Virus record (IMG/VR): IMGVR_UViG_3300042465_005830
Coordinates: 1 to 64,000 of that record
Strand: one strand, 5' to 3'
Source of the DNA: an uncultured virus (IMG/VR IMGVR_UViG_3300042465_005830)
Taxonomy: Duplodnaviria; Heunggongvirae; Uroviricota; Caudoviricetes
DNA: 64,000 bases
Each line of letters begins with the position of its first letter. Position 1 is the stretch's first letter. The position numbers were made by a program, and so were the translations under genes. The notes beneath the pieces are model-generated. The model was not told the DNA's origin, searched no databases, and saw only the letters and a program-made list of their open reading frames with translations. Shown here piece by piece: positions 50,067 through 59,110 of this stretch.

Positions 50067-50573
50067 ATGAGTAAGTATCAAAAAGCACTAGTAGTAGATG
50101 CCAGCTTTATCGCAAGATCAGTTATAAGTACAGAAAGAGCTTTCGTGATTTCTTATAAAGGTAATGCTGAAGTAATAGCTGAACATCCAGAAACATTTAA
50201 TCTGTATAACCCAGAATTAACAATTTATAAACCTTCTATTATTAGAGTATTTACATATGTAAAACATAATATTCAAAAAGTAGCTCTAACAAGAGAGAAT
50301 ATTTATAGAAGAGATAATTACGAATGTGTTTACTGCGGATGTTCAAATCAAAGAACACTAACACTTGACCATGTTATACCTCAATCAAAAGGAGGAAAAG
50401 ATGCTTGGGATAATTTAGTAACAGCCTGCAGACCATGTAATCATGAGAAAGCAGATTTAACATTAGAGGAATACGGTAAGGAAATTCCAGAACCAAAAAG
50501 ACCTCACTATTTAATGTTAATGAGAACTATGACACACATACCAAAGGAATGGGAAACTTTTTTATTTTTTTAG
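50067..50573 (+). CDS. HNH endonuclease (McrA-like) within the tRNA array
   Basis: RDNYECVYCG ... TLDHVIPQSKGG..WDNLVTACRPCNHEK. Confidence 0.92.
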   Translation: MSKYQKALVVDASFIARSVISTERAFVISYKGNAEVIAEHPETFNLYNPELTIYKPSIIRVFTYVKHNIQKVALTRENIYRRDNYECVYCGCSNQRTLTLDHVIPQSKGGKDAWDNLVTACRPCNHEKADLTLEEYGKEIPEPKRPHYLMLMRTMTHIPKEWETFLFF

Positions 50574-50700
50574 TAAAAAAAGTTGCTAGAAAGAAATAAA
50601 GTTCATATCTTTAAGTATAAGAAAGAAGATAAAACATCTACTACGTAACGCACGATCGACGACACGTACTGTCTGGCAGGTCAGGCTAGATGTTTAAATT

Positions 50701-50771
50701 GGTCGGTTGGCCGAATGGTTAGGCGCAGGATTGCAAACTCTGTAACGTTGGTTCGATTCCAACACCGACCT
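50701..50771 (+). tRNA. tRNA-Cys(GCA)
   Basis: TTGCAAA loop; U73 discriminator. Confidence 0.85.
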
Positions 50772-50866
50772 CATTGAAGGTTCGACCCTCTACCAAATGT
50801 GTTACACCCACAGATGGACAACGAGAGGGAGCTACCGATTGATAAGTGGCCGCACATGCGGCAAAT

Positions 50867-50940
50867 GCCCGAGTGGTGGAATTGGCAGACACGCTAGACT
50901 TAGGATCTAGATATTGAGGGTTCGAGTCCCTCCTTGGGTA
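50867..50940 (+). tRNA. tRNA-Leu(TAG) with short variable loop
   Basis: CTAGA-CTTAGGA-TCTAG; Leu-type D-loop but only a 5-nt variable region. Confidence 0.8.
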
Positions 50941-50945
50941 CAAAA

Positions 50946-51016
50946 TTAGAGTTAGCTTATAAAGGTTAAAGCAGCAGGGGCTAACCTGCAGAACGGATTC
51001 ATAGCCCGGCTCTAAT
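50946..51016 (+). pseudogene. degenerate tRNA-like element
   Basis: Acceptor TTAGAGT/GCTCTAA; GCAGG-GGCTAA-CCTGC 6-nt loop; eroded T arm. Confidence 0.45.
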
Positions 51017-51135
51017 TAAAATATAAACTATTATGCGTAAAAAGTTAGATAGATGTGCAGATAAGATTGGGAAGCCGAGTTTACGGTGAAAGGCTGCCAC
51101 TGATGACTCCCAATAGCCTCTAATAGTTTAAATTT

Positions 51136-51209
51136 GCTTCTGACGCACAAATGGTGGTGCACTGGATTTGTAACCCAGAATAGAGTCGGTTCGATCCCGT
51201 CCAGAAGCT
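51136..51209 (+). tRNA. tRNA-Thr(TGT)
   Basis: CTGG..TTTGTAA..CCAG. Confidence 0.8.
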
Positions 51210-51214
51210 CAACT

Positions 51215-51286
51215 GCGGCTATCGTATAATGGTCATTACTTTAGACTTCCAATCTAAAGATGAGAGTTCGATTCTCTCTAGCCGCT
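51215..51286 (+). tRNA. tRNA-Gly(TCC)
   Basis: TTAGA-CTTCCAA-TCTAA; U73. Confidence 0.9.
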
Positions 51287-51292
51287 CAAATT

Positions 51293-51364
51293 GCTGCGTT
51301 AGTGAAGGGGTAAACACGTATCACTTTCTATGATAAGGCACGGGTTCGAATCCCGTACGCAGTA
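51293..51364 (+). tRNA. tRNA-Glu(TTC)
   Basis: TATCA-CTTTCTA-TGATA. Confidence 0.85.
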
Positions 51365-51439
51365 CAGAGCTCTTTATTCGTATTAGGAGGAATAGCTTAA
51401 TCAGCTTCTAGATTTGACGACTCGGAAAGACGAGTAACT

Positions 51440-51511
51440 GGGGCTATAGTGAAATTGGCATCACGATAGATTTGCATTCTGTTATTCCGGGTTCGAATCC
51501 CGGTAGCTCCA
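51440..51511 (+). tRNA. tRNA-Ala(TGC)
   Basis: GGGGCTA/TAGCTCC with G3-U70; TTTGCAT loop. Confidence 0.9.
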
Positions 51512-51565
51512 CTATACAGCTGTATAACAGCTGGTGGTTGACAGCTCGGAACAGACGGGCATTTT

Positions 51566-51638
51566 GGTCTGGAGGTGTTATTGGTAACACGTCGCACTGT
51601 CACTGCGAAGATTGCGGGTTCGATCCCCGTGCAGACCG
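51566..51638 (+). tRNA. tRNA-Asp(GTC)
   Basis: TCGCA-CTGTCAC-TGCGA; G73. Confidence 0.85.
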
Positions 51639-51647
51639 CTTATAAAT

Positions 51648-51717
51648 TGCGTTAAGGTGTAAAGGTTGCATCTAGGTCTCATAAGCCTGGGGGGTGGTTC
51701 GAGTCCACGCTACGCTA
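51648..51717 (+). tRNA. tRNA-Met(CAT), possibly initiator-like
   Basis: TAGGT-CTCATAA-GCCTG; mismatched acceptor end. Confidence 0.65.
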
Positions 51718-51723
51718 CAAATT

Positions 51724-51797
51724 GTCCTTTTAGCTCAGCCGGTTAGAGCAGCTCGCTCATAACGAGAAGGTCACAGGTTCGAATCCTGTATAGGACA
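51724..51797 (+). tRNA. tRNA-Met/Ile2(CAT)
   Basis: CTCG-CTCATAA-CGAG; canonical D and T arms. Confidence 0.85.
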
Positions 51798-51864
51798 CTA
51801 AAGTTTATCCAATATGAGAGCAATTCCCTCATCTCCAATGTAGTACTTGACTAGTTCAAGTATT

Positions 51865-52098
51865 ATGACTCAGAAATTGAGAATTTGGAGAGTAGTTCCA
51901 ACCAGCATGACTGGTGTTCAGGCTCCCACGTTTTTTGTTGAAACAACAGAGAACGGACGAGAAGAAGCAGAAAAATCTGCAAACCTACAAGCAAGACAGA
52001 AATCTCGCTTGGGTAAGTTTAACAATTGGTATTTTGATTTAACAAGAATGAATGTCAGAGTAGACAGACATGGGAGGTATATCAAACATCACCAATAA
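51865..52098 (+). CDS. hypothetical protein
   Basis: ORF track; ATG start at 51865 preferred. Confidence 0.5.
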   Translation: MTQKLRIWRVVPTSMTGVQAPTFFVETTENGREEAEKSANLQARQKSRLGKFNNWYFDLTRMNVRVDRHGRYIKHHQ

Positions 52099-52177
52099 GA
52101 AATATTCGGAGAAAGGTTTGGAAACCTGAACCTTTCTTCTTATATTAGAGTATAAATCAAAATTAAAAAGTTATCAT

Positions 52178-53089
52178 ATGAAAAATTCGTTATCTACAAA
52201 AGGGTTATCAATGTCTCAAGCACAATCAATCTCAAACTTGTGCAATCAAAGAGCAAAAGAAATTTCTAATAAATTAGCAGATGTTAATAATGTTTCTAAA
52301 ACATTAGTAATTGGCTCAGAGACCTATACTGAGACTCAGGGTAATCCAATGCCTGCAAATACAGTAGAACTGTTAACAGAAAAAGCAAGACTATCTGCTA
52401 CACAAGCCTTCTTGATGGAGAACATCAAAGCAAAAGACGAATTAATCAAAGAGATCCAATTTGAGGACTTTGACTATACTATCCTAGCTCCAGAAAGACC
52501 TAAAACTGCAACTAAAGAATTACCTTCCTTAATAGATGAGGAATGGGGATGGTCTCAATTGACTACAGCAGAGTATAACGAATACTTAGAAGCAGAAGCT
52601 TACGCTTCACATATTGGACAATTTATCCACAAAGGAGGTAAATTAGATAAATTAAGAAGTGAATTACCTACCATTAAGACTTTAGAGTTTATGGAAATCG
52701 AAGTAGGAAAGAAAACTCCTATGAAAGTTTCTATTCACCACACCTCAGAAGGGTTACTTGCAATTCACGAAGAGTTAGCTAGTCTTCATAGAAACTATGA
52801 GCAAAAAGTTAACTACTTTAAATCTAAAGTAAAGAACTCAGTAACAACTGAAAATGCTCGTATTGCTAATGAAAGAGCAGAAATTCAAGCTGAATTGAAT
52901 GAGATAAACGGCAAACAGGATGCTGACTACAATGCAGGGTTGGAGAAATGGAGAGCTGATTTTAGAAAAGCTTCTAATGAATTTGAAGCAAAACGTCAAG
53001 AAAGAATCAAAGAAGCTGCTAATATGAAGATTGATATTGATTCTAGATTTCAGCCAGTGGTTGATATGTTCTTAAAACAGTTACAATAA
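52178..53089 (+). CDS. helical/coiled-coil hypothetical protein (303 aa)
   Basis: ORF with its own promoter-like motif; followed by a structured RNA. Confidence 0.7.
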   Translation: MKNSLSTKGLSMSQAQSISNLCNQRAKEISNKLADVNNVSKTLVIGSETYTETQGNPMPANTVELLTEKARLSATQAFLMENIKAKDELIKEIQFEDFDYTILAPERPKTATKELPSLIDEEWGWSQLTTAEYNEYLEAEAYASHIGQFIHKGGKLDKLRSELPTIKTLEFMEIEVGKKTPMKVSIHHTSEGLLAIHEELASLHRNYEQKVNYFKSKVKNSVTTENARIANERAEIQAELNEINGKQDADYNAGLEKWRADFRKASNEFEAKRQERIKEAANMKIDIDSRFQPVVDMFLKQLQ

Positions 53090-53092
53090 TTT

Positions 53093-53392
53093 GGTGCTAA
53101 GGAGGTAAGCACAAGCCGATCCTCCAAAGCTTTATGCTGGGATAGTGGAGTTTTAAATATAAAACTATATGATAGCAAATCAACTACATTTAATGGCCAG
53201 GTGCCCTTTAACACTCGCTTCCTTACAAACTTTACAAAACTGAGATAGAACTCAACCGTTAGACAGGTCTGCTCGAAAGAGGTAATTGGCTAACAACTTT
53301 GAGACTTAGTTCTTGTCCTTGCCTTTGTGGTAAGGAAGGTCTTTGACCTTGATTTTGCATTCGACATCGTCTATATGCTTTACATCCCAGCA
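53093..53392 (+). ncRNA. unidentified ~300-nt structured RNA
   Basis: Nested long-range helices TGCTGGGAT/ATCCCAGCA, CTTCCTTAC/GTAAGGAAG and AACTGAG/CTTAGTT; hexamer array. Confidence 0.6.
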
Positions 53393-53424
53393 ACAATTTT
53401 TTTAAAAATAATTAACAAAAAGCT

Positions 53425-53460
53425 TGCTTCGGCAGGCTTTTATTCGTATATTTAGGTATA
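53425..53460 (+). promoter_or_regulatory. representative recurrent promoter (TTG ... TTCGTATATTTAG), Bacteroidota sigma-A-like
   Basis: Near-identical motif upstream of many genes (e.g. ~17983, 43534, 46488, 47433, 47503, 47776, 50602, 56198, 57393, 59589, 60587, 63729). Confidence 0.6.
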
Positions 53461-53471
53461 ATTAATAAGAC

Positions 53472-54122
53472 ATGAAACTAGTATTAGAAAAAGGACAACA
53501 ATTGTTCTTTACATCAGACACACATTACTCACATTCAAACATTTGCAGTGCTACTACAAACTGGACTGAGTCTTCAAACTTGACAAGAGAATTCGATTCA
53601 CTTGCCTCTATGAATAAGACTTTGGTGGATAACATCAACAACATGGTTGGTGAAGATGATATTCTAATTCACTTAGGGGATTTTAGCTTTGGAGGATTTG
53701 ATAAGATTGAAGAATTCAGAAGTCAAATCAACTGTAAAAACATTCACTTGGTACTTGGAAACCATGATCACCACATTGAAAGAAACAAGGAAGGTATTCA
53801 AAGACTATTTTCTTCAGTACAGCAATACTTGAGATTAGAAGTAAGAAGACCAATCAACAAAGCAACAACTGAAAAGTTTACTTTTGTTTGTATGCACTAT
53901 CCAATTGCGTCATGGCATGATATGAACATCGGAGTAATTCACTTACATGGACACGTTCATTTACCGGCAGATATAAGAGTAGCAGAGGGTAAAGCAATGG
54001 ATGTTGGAGTAGATGGAAACGGTTTAGAGCCAATTTCATTAGACGAAGTATTATCGTTGATGGAAAAACAGCCAATAAGAAAGTTAGAGTTGCCAAAGGA
54101 TCATCATGAGAAAAGAATCTAA
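53472..54122 (+). CDS. calcineurin-like metallophosphoesterase
   Basis: SDTHYSH, HLGDF, GNHD, HYP, HGHVH, DVGVD. Confidence 0.88.
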   Translation: MKLVLEKGQQLFFTSDTHYSHSNICSATTNWTESSNLTREFDSLASMNKTLVDNINNMVGEDDILIHLGDFSFGGFDKIEEFRSQINCKNIHLVLGNHDHHIERNKEGIQRLFSSVQQYLRLEVRRPINKATTEKFTFVCMHYPIASWHDMNIGVIHLHGHVHLPADIRVAEGKAMDVGVDGNGLEPISLDEVLSLMEKQPIRKLELPKDHHEKRI

Positions 54123-54375
54123 TATAAAATATGGAATAATTTTTACAAGTGCTTTAATTATAGAGATTTGTTCAACATTCTATATTCGCTTTACAGCAGA
54201 AGCTAATACAATAGGAATGGTATTTTTTGCTTTTATTGGTCCATTTCTAGCTTTACCGTTTGCAGGTTATATGGTAGAATCTAAATTCTGGAATGAACGT
54301 ATAAAAATGGCCTTTGCTTTAGCTTTAGGTTACGCCATAGGAGCATTAGTAGTAAATAATATTATAAAAATATAA
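54106..54375 (+). CDS. small membrane protein
   Basis: Three hydrophobic segments. Confidence 0.55.
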   Translation: MRKESNIKYGIIFTSALIIEICSTFYIRFTAEANTIGMVFFAFIGPFLALPFAGYMVESKFWNERIKMAFALALGYAIGALVVNNIIKI

Positions 54376-54378
54376 AAT

Positions 54379-54519
54379 ATGAAAACAACACTACTAATAG
54401 CCTCAGCAATAAGTACAGGTTTGGCTGTAGGAGCAACATGGACAGGAGAAATTGATAGAGCTACATTCTACTTAGTATGGGCATTTTATTTAAAGTATTT
54501 ATCTGATAAAAGAGAATAG
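54379..54519 (+). CDS. small membrane protein (46 aa)
   Basis: Read manually: MKTTLLIASAISTGLAVGATW... Confidence 0.45.
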   Translation: MKTTLLIASAISTGLAVGATWTGEIDRATFYLVWAFYLKYLSDKRE

Positions 54520-54520
54520 T

Positions 54521-54922
54521 ATGAAAGAGTTATTTTTATTAAGAGGATTACCTGGAGCAGGTAAATCAACATTTGCAAATTGTATAGGGGGTTCTTGGTA
54601 TGAAGCAGATCATTTCTTTCTTAATGAGAAAGGAGAATATGAATTCAATGCTTCAAATTTAAAAGCAGCTCATGAATGGTGTAGACAAGTAGTTGAAGAG
54701 TCAATGTCAAATTGGAACGGAATAAATCCTGATGAAAAAATTATAGTATCAAATACATTCACTCAGGAATGGGAAATGCAACCATACTATGATCTAGCAG
54801 AAAAATACGGATACAGAGTTTATTCTTTAATTGTAGAAAATAGACATGGAGGAGTAAATGAGCATGGAGTCCCAGAAGAAAAATTAGTACAAATGAAAAA
54901 TAGATTCGAGGTACAGTTATGA
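54521..54922 (+). CDS. P-loop kinase (polynucleotide-kinase-like, AAA_33)
   Basis: LRGLPGAGKST, EADHFF, VSNTF, HGVPEE. Confidence 0.8.
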   Translation: MKELFLLRGLPGAGKSTFANCIGGSWYEADHFFLNEKGEYEFNASNLKAAHEWCRQVVEESMSNWNGINPDEKIIVSNTFTQEWEMQPYYDLAEKYGYRVYSLIVENRHGGVNEHGVPEEKLVQMKNRFEVQL

Positions 54923-55030
54923 AAAAAGAATGCAAACATGACTTCAGAGAATTTTGGAAAATAAATTATCGAGGGACAAGGTTAGTATTGAAAGAAGTTA
55001 AATGTATTATGTGTAACAAAATTAAAGAAA

Positions 55031-56161
55031 ATGGAAAATCAAAATAGTGTTTGCTTTGTAGCAACAATCAACGAAATTAAAGCAATCCCAAATGCTGACA
55101 ACATTGAACAAGTAATTGTTGGAGGATGGAATGCTATCACTAAAAAAGGTGAATTTAAAGAAGGTGACTTAACAGTTATTGCAACTACAGATGCAGTAAT
55201 TCCAGAAGCATTTTCTGAAAAAATGGGAGTTACTTCTTACCTAAGAAAAGGAGGTAGAGTAAGAACTGTAAAATTAAGAGGAGTTTATTCTGAATGTCTA
55301 ATCATCCCAACTAAATACATTCCAGGATATGGAGACAGATACCAAGATGGAGATGACATGATGGAAAAATTTGGTATTGTAAAATATGAACCACCAGTTA
55401 AACAAATTCAATTGGCTTCAGGTAGAAAGATTAAGTGGAGAGACAATCAAAACTTCCACATCTACTACAAATTCCCGAATCTTAAAAACGTAGCAGGAAT
55501 GTTCACTGAAGAAGATATGGTTCAAATCACTAGAAAGATTCATGGTACAAATGCTAGATACGGTATTGTAAAGAAAGGTAAGTTATCATTCTGGGATAAA
55601 GTAAAAAAATTCTTTAGACTTGCTGATGAGTGGATTGATTATGAATACATTTATGGATCACATAACTGTGAAAAAGGAAGTGACTCACAAGGATTTTACT
55701 CAACTGATGTTTGGAGAACAATAGCTGAAAAATATAGTATTAAAGAAAAACTTTGGGACCTATGTGATATTCTTGGAACTTATCATGTAGGTGATGGAAT
55801 TATTCTTTACGGAGAAATTTATGGAGCCGGTATTCAAAAGAACTATGAATATGGTTTGAAAGATATTGAGTTCGTAGGATTTGATTTAAAAATGGATAAC
55901 GAATATCTCTCAACAGATTCAGCTCAATATGAAATAATCAATATGTTACACTTACCTCACGTAGAAGTACTTTACACCGGAACTTGGAATCAAGAAGTTC
56001 AAGACATGTTTGTATTTAATAACTTCATTGAAGGAACAAAAGTACCACATGAAGGAATTGTAATCAAACATACCTCAGGTGATAGAAAGAAAGTAGCAAA
56101 GGTAATCAATCCAGACTATTTGATCTACGGAGAGAAGCATGATGTAGGAGATTCACATTAA
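55031..56161 (+). CDS. ATP-dependent RNA ligase (DRB0094/Rnl2-like) with N-terminal OB fold
   Basis: IPNADNIE, KLRGVYSE, motif I KIHGTN, YGEIYG, FDL, EGIVIK, KVINPDY. Confidence 0.88.
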   Translation: MENQNSVCFVATINEIKAIPNADNIEQVIVGGWNAITKKGEFKEGDLTVIATTDAVIPEAFSEKMGVTSYLRKGGRVRTVKLRGVYSECLIIPTKYIPGYGDRYQDGDDMMEKFGIVKYEPPVKQIQLASGRKIKWRDNQNFHIYYKFPNLKNVAGMFTEEDMVQITRKIHGTNARYGIVKKGKLSFWDKVKKFFRLADEWIDYEYIYGSHNCEKGSDSQGFYSTDVWRTIAEKYSIKEKLWDLCDILGTYHVGDGIILYGEIYGAGIQKNYEYGLKDIEFVGFDLKMDNEYLSTDSAQYEIINMLHLPHVEVLYTGTWNQEVQDMFVFNNFIEGTKVPHEGIVIKHTSGDRKKVAKVINPDYLIYGEKHDVGDSH

Positions 56162-56235
56162 AATAATTACTAAAAGAGTTGCTAGTTCAACTCTTTTTTC
56201 ATATATTTAGGTATAATAATTAAAACAAAAAGGTT

Positions 56236-56796
56236 ATGTACTACAAATTTAATGAAGAAACATTGTTACCGGAAAAAGTTAATGTAAGTAACAAAACATT
56301 AACAGGTTTAGGAGCAGCAGTAGGATTAATACTATTATTTGGATTCACATCTAATCCAGCAAATGAGGTACAAAATTTATCTCAAGAAGACAAATTAATA
56401 GTAATTAGAGAATATAATGAGTTCTCAGAAGAAAAACTAATTGAAAAGATTACAGAGTTAAATTTTAGATACCCTCACATCATTCTAGCACAAGCTAAAT
56501 TAGAATCAGGGCATTTTAAATCAACTATCTTTCTAGAGAACAATAACATGTTCGGTATGAAAGAAGCTAAGTTAAGAGCTAATTTAGCAAAAGGTACAAA
56601 CAGAAATCATGCGTATTACGATTCGTGGCAAGAATCAGTTATCGATTATGCTTTGTATTATTCATCTTACTTAAGAAGTATTAAAACTGAAGGAGAGTAT
56701 TTTGAATACTTAAGACAGAACTATGCTGAGGATCCAACATACGTTCAAAGATTGAAACAGATTATTAAGAAACAAGATTTAAAAAGTAAATTTTAA
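56236..56796 (+). CDS. GH73 glucosaminidase-like peptidoglycan hydrolase with TM anchor
   Basis: AQAKLESG, NNMFGMK, YAEDPTY. Confidence 0.8.
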   Translation: MYYKFNEETLLPEKVNVSNKTLTGLGAAVGLILLFGFTSNPANEVQNLSQEDKLIVIREYNEFSEEKLIEKITELNFRYPHIILAQAKLESGHFKSTIFLENNNMFGMKEAKLRANLAKGTNRNHAYYDSWQESVIDYALYYSSYLRSIKTEGEYFEYLRQNYAEDPTYVQRLKQIIKKQDLKSKF

Positions 56797-56797
56797 T

Positions 56798-57031
56798 ATG
56801 ACACTAAAAGAAAAGTTTTTACCTAGAATGTACTGCTTTATGGGTAGCGGGATGTTATCCAACACATACGATAAAGATGTAGCAGAAGATAATGCTATGG
56901 AATGCGAAAAAATAGCAGAAGAATTTGCTGCTGAGTTTGCAATATGGTTAGTAGAAAGAGTGGCAGGAGAGAAAGGACTGGTATTGCAGGATGGTGTATT
57001 AGAACGATTCAAAAAAGAAAAAGGATTATGA
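56798..57031 (+). CDS. hypothetical protein
   Basis: ORF track. Confidence 0.5.
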   Translation: MTLKEKFLPRMYCFMGSGMLSNTYDKDVAEDNAMECEKIAEEFAAEFAIWLVERVAGEKGLVLQDGVLERFKKEKGL

Positions 57032-57390
57032 TAGGAGGAGCACAGCCAAAAATATTACTAACTCAAAATGAGCAAGGTACATTTGATCTAGATGAAGCAT
57101 TTAAGTCCATCTTCGGAAAAGAACTAGAACCAAAATACAAATTAGTTCGAGAAAGAGATCAACTAACTAAAACATCAGTAGGAATAAAATGGTTAGAGTT
57201 TGATGAAGAAGGAAGATACAAAGCAGACTTTAAAGACATTGCTGTTGGAAGAAGTTTATTAATGTCTCCATTCGGACCTTCATTCACTTGGCAAACAACA
57301 CCAGTAACAGAAATTGTAGAACAAAGAGAAGATTATATTAAATTTAATACAGAAAATTCTGTATACGAATTGTTTGTTTTATCAAAATAA
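57028..57390 (+). CDS. hypothetical protein
   Basis: ATG at 57028 overlaps the previous stop codon; FTWQTTPVTEI motif. Confidence 0.6.
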   Translation: MIGGAQPKILLTQNEQGTFDLDEAFKSIFGKELEPKYKLVRERDQLTKTSVGIKWLEFDEEGRYKADFKDIAVGRSLLMSPFGPSFTWQTTPVTEIVEQREDYIKFNTENSVYELFVLSK

Positions 57391-57427
57391 ATTTCGTATA
57401 TTTAGATATTAATTTAAAGTAAAGGTT

Positions 57428-58357
57428 ATGAAAAACATACACGTATTACCAACGGAAAATTCAAGTAGATTATCTTACAACAAAGATGGTGTATTAGAAT
57501 TACACAGACTTCAATGGAGAAAGAATACTCAAAATATCTATATCACTTCTGATGAAGAAATTAAAGAAAGAGAATGGTGTACTGATGGAATTTACCTTAT
57601 ACAAGCAACTCCAAAATTAGTAGATGCTCAAGGATTGTTTGATAGAAGAGATTGGAGAAAAATCATTCTAACAACAGACCAAGAGTTAATCAAAGATGGT
57701 GTACAAGCTATTGATGATAAATTCCTAGAATGGTTTGTTAAGAATCAGAGTTGTGAGTTTGTTGAGATTAAACAAGAATTAGGTGTTTGTCTTAATTGTG
57801 AATGGAATTATGATAGTTGTCCAAATGCTAAAGAATGTTTAAAGGGTAAATACAAAATCATCATTCCTAAAGAAGAACCTAAACTGCAATGTAAAGACTG
57901 TAATGACAATTTAACAGATTGTACTTGTATTGAAAATACTGTTGATATGAATAAAATAAAAATATACCTAGACGACGTAAGAACACCAGTTGATCCAACT
58001 TGGAAAGTAGTTAGAAACTATGAACAATTTGTAGATCAAATTACTTATTACGGGTTAGAAAACATTGATATAATTTCATTAGATCATGATTTAGGACCTT
58101 CAGCAATGGCTGAATGGCACTCAAACGTGTATCACAACTACGAATTAAATTATGATAACATTGAAGAGAAAACTGGAATGGATTGCACTAAATGGTTGGT
58201 CAATCAGTGGCTTGATGGATCTCCTGTTGTTGATGTTGTAATACATTCTGCAAATGCAGTTGGTAGTGCAAATATGATGGGTTACATAAACAACTACAGA
58301 CACATCCATAGATTACCTCAGAATTGTGTAAGAGTACAAATTGAACATACAGTATAA
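57428..58357 (+). CDS. fusion protein with C-terminal cyclic-phosphate-processing receiver-like domain
   Basis: C-terminal KIYLDDVRTP..ISLDHDLG..TGMDCTKWL..IHSANAVG. Confidence 0.7.
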   Translation: MKNIHVLPTENSSRLSYNKDGVLELHRLQWRKNTQNIYITSDEEIKEREWCTDGIYLIQATPKLVDAQGLFDRRDWRKIILTTDQELIKDGVQAIDDKFLEWFVKNQSCEFVEIKQELGVCLNCEWNYDSCPNAKECLKGKYKIIIPKEEPKLQCKDCNDNLTDCTCIENTVDMNKIKIYLDDVRTPVDPTWKVVRNYEQFVDQITYYGLENIDIISLDHDLGPSAMAEWHSNVYHNYELNYDNIEEKTGMDCTKWLVNQWLDGSPVVDVVIHSANAVGSANMMGYINNYRHIHRLPQNCVRVQIEHTV

Positions 58358-58362
58358 AAATT

Positions 58363-58980
58363 ATGGAAGATTTTTTTGAAGATTTAAAAAACCAACCAAG
58401 ACCAAACTTCTTTAGAAGAATATATCTGTGGTGGGAACATGATGGTAAATACTTACATAAAGAAATTAAATGGGGTATTCAAAATCTTATTTACTGGTTT
58501 CCAATTATATGGAAAGATAGAAATTGGGACGGGCATTACATTTATGAAGTAATGAAACATAAGTTGAAAGCTCAAGCCAATTATATTGGAAGAAGAGATT
58601 TTCATACTCGAGCACAGCAAGATGCTCGTAATATGAGAATATGTGTTAAATTAATTCAAGCATGTCAAGATGAGCCTTATTTAATGGAGTATATGGATTA
58701 CCATAAGGACAGAGTTTGGTTTACACCTTGTGAGGATCGTGAAGGATCATCTTTATATAATTCAGAAGAGATATGGGAAAATTATGATGAGTTCTTTAAA
58801 AAGTATCCTTTAGTCTATAAGAGAGTGTTAAAAGGTGAAGGACCATTTACTTTAGATGATAGAGATGAATCTGAAATAAAAAGAATTATCGCAATGAATA
58901 TTGCTCATATAAATCACGACAGAGCAAGAAAATTACTGTTTAGAATAATGGAAGAAAATATTGAAGGATGGTGGGATTAA
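58363..58980 (+). CDS. conserved phage hypothetical protein
   Basis: WKDRNWD ... IEGWWD. Confidence 0.65.
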   Translation: MEDFFEDLKNQPRPNFFRRIYLWWEHDGKYLHKEIKWGIQNLIYWFPIIWKDRNWDGHYIYEVMKHKLKAQANYIGRRDFHTRAQQDARNMRICVKLIQACQDEPYLMEYMDYHKDRVWFTPCEDREGSSLYNSEEIWENYDEFFKKYPLVYKRVLKGEGPFTLDDRDESEIKRIIAMNIAHINHDRARKLLFRIMEENIEGWWD

Positions 58981-59110
58981 TTACTATAGGAATATTTGTG
59001 CTAATTGGAATAGTAGCACTATGGGTTAGAGGAATAGATGAAATGCATACAAAACATCCAGACTATAAAGGAGAGGATTTGTTTGGAGAAGATGAACCAA
59101 AAAAAGATAA

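Noticed and set aside
46852..51016. Amber suppressor tRNAs / TAG recoding
   Set aside because: The CUA-containing loops are 6 nt and non-canonical. Long ORFs are intact in the standard code and several genes end in TAG.
51024..51130. Hammerhead ribozyme (CTGATGA and GAAA present)
   Set aside because: Only 8 nt separate GAAA and CTGATGA, so stems I and III and the cleavage triplet cannot be built.
46807..51603. ORF-track ORFs overlapping tRNAs (46807, 46961, 48097, 49471, 49538, 50719, 51397)
   Set aside because: They are spurious translations of tRNA and ncRNA sequence.
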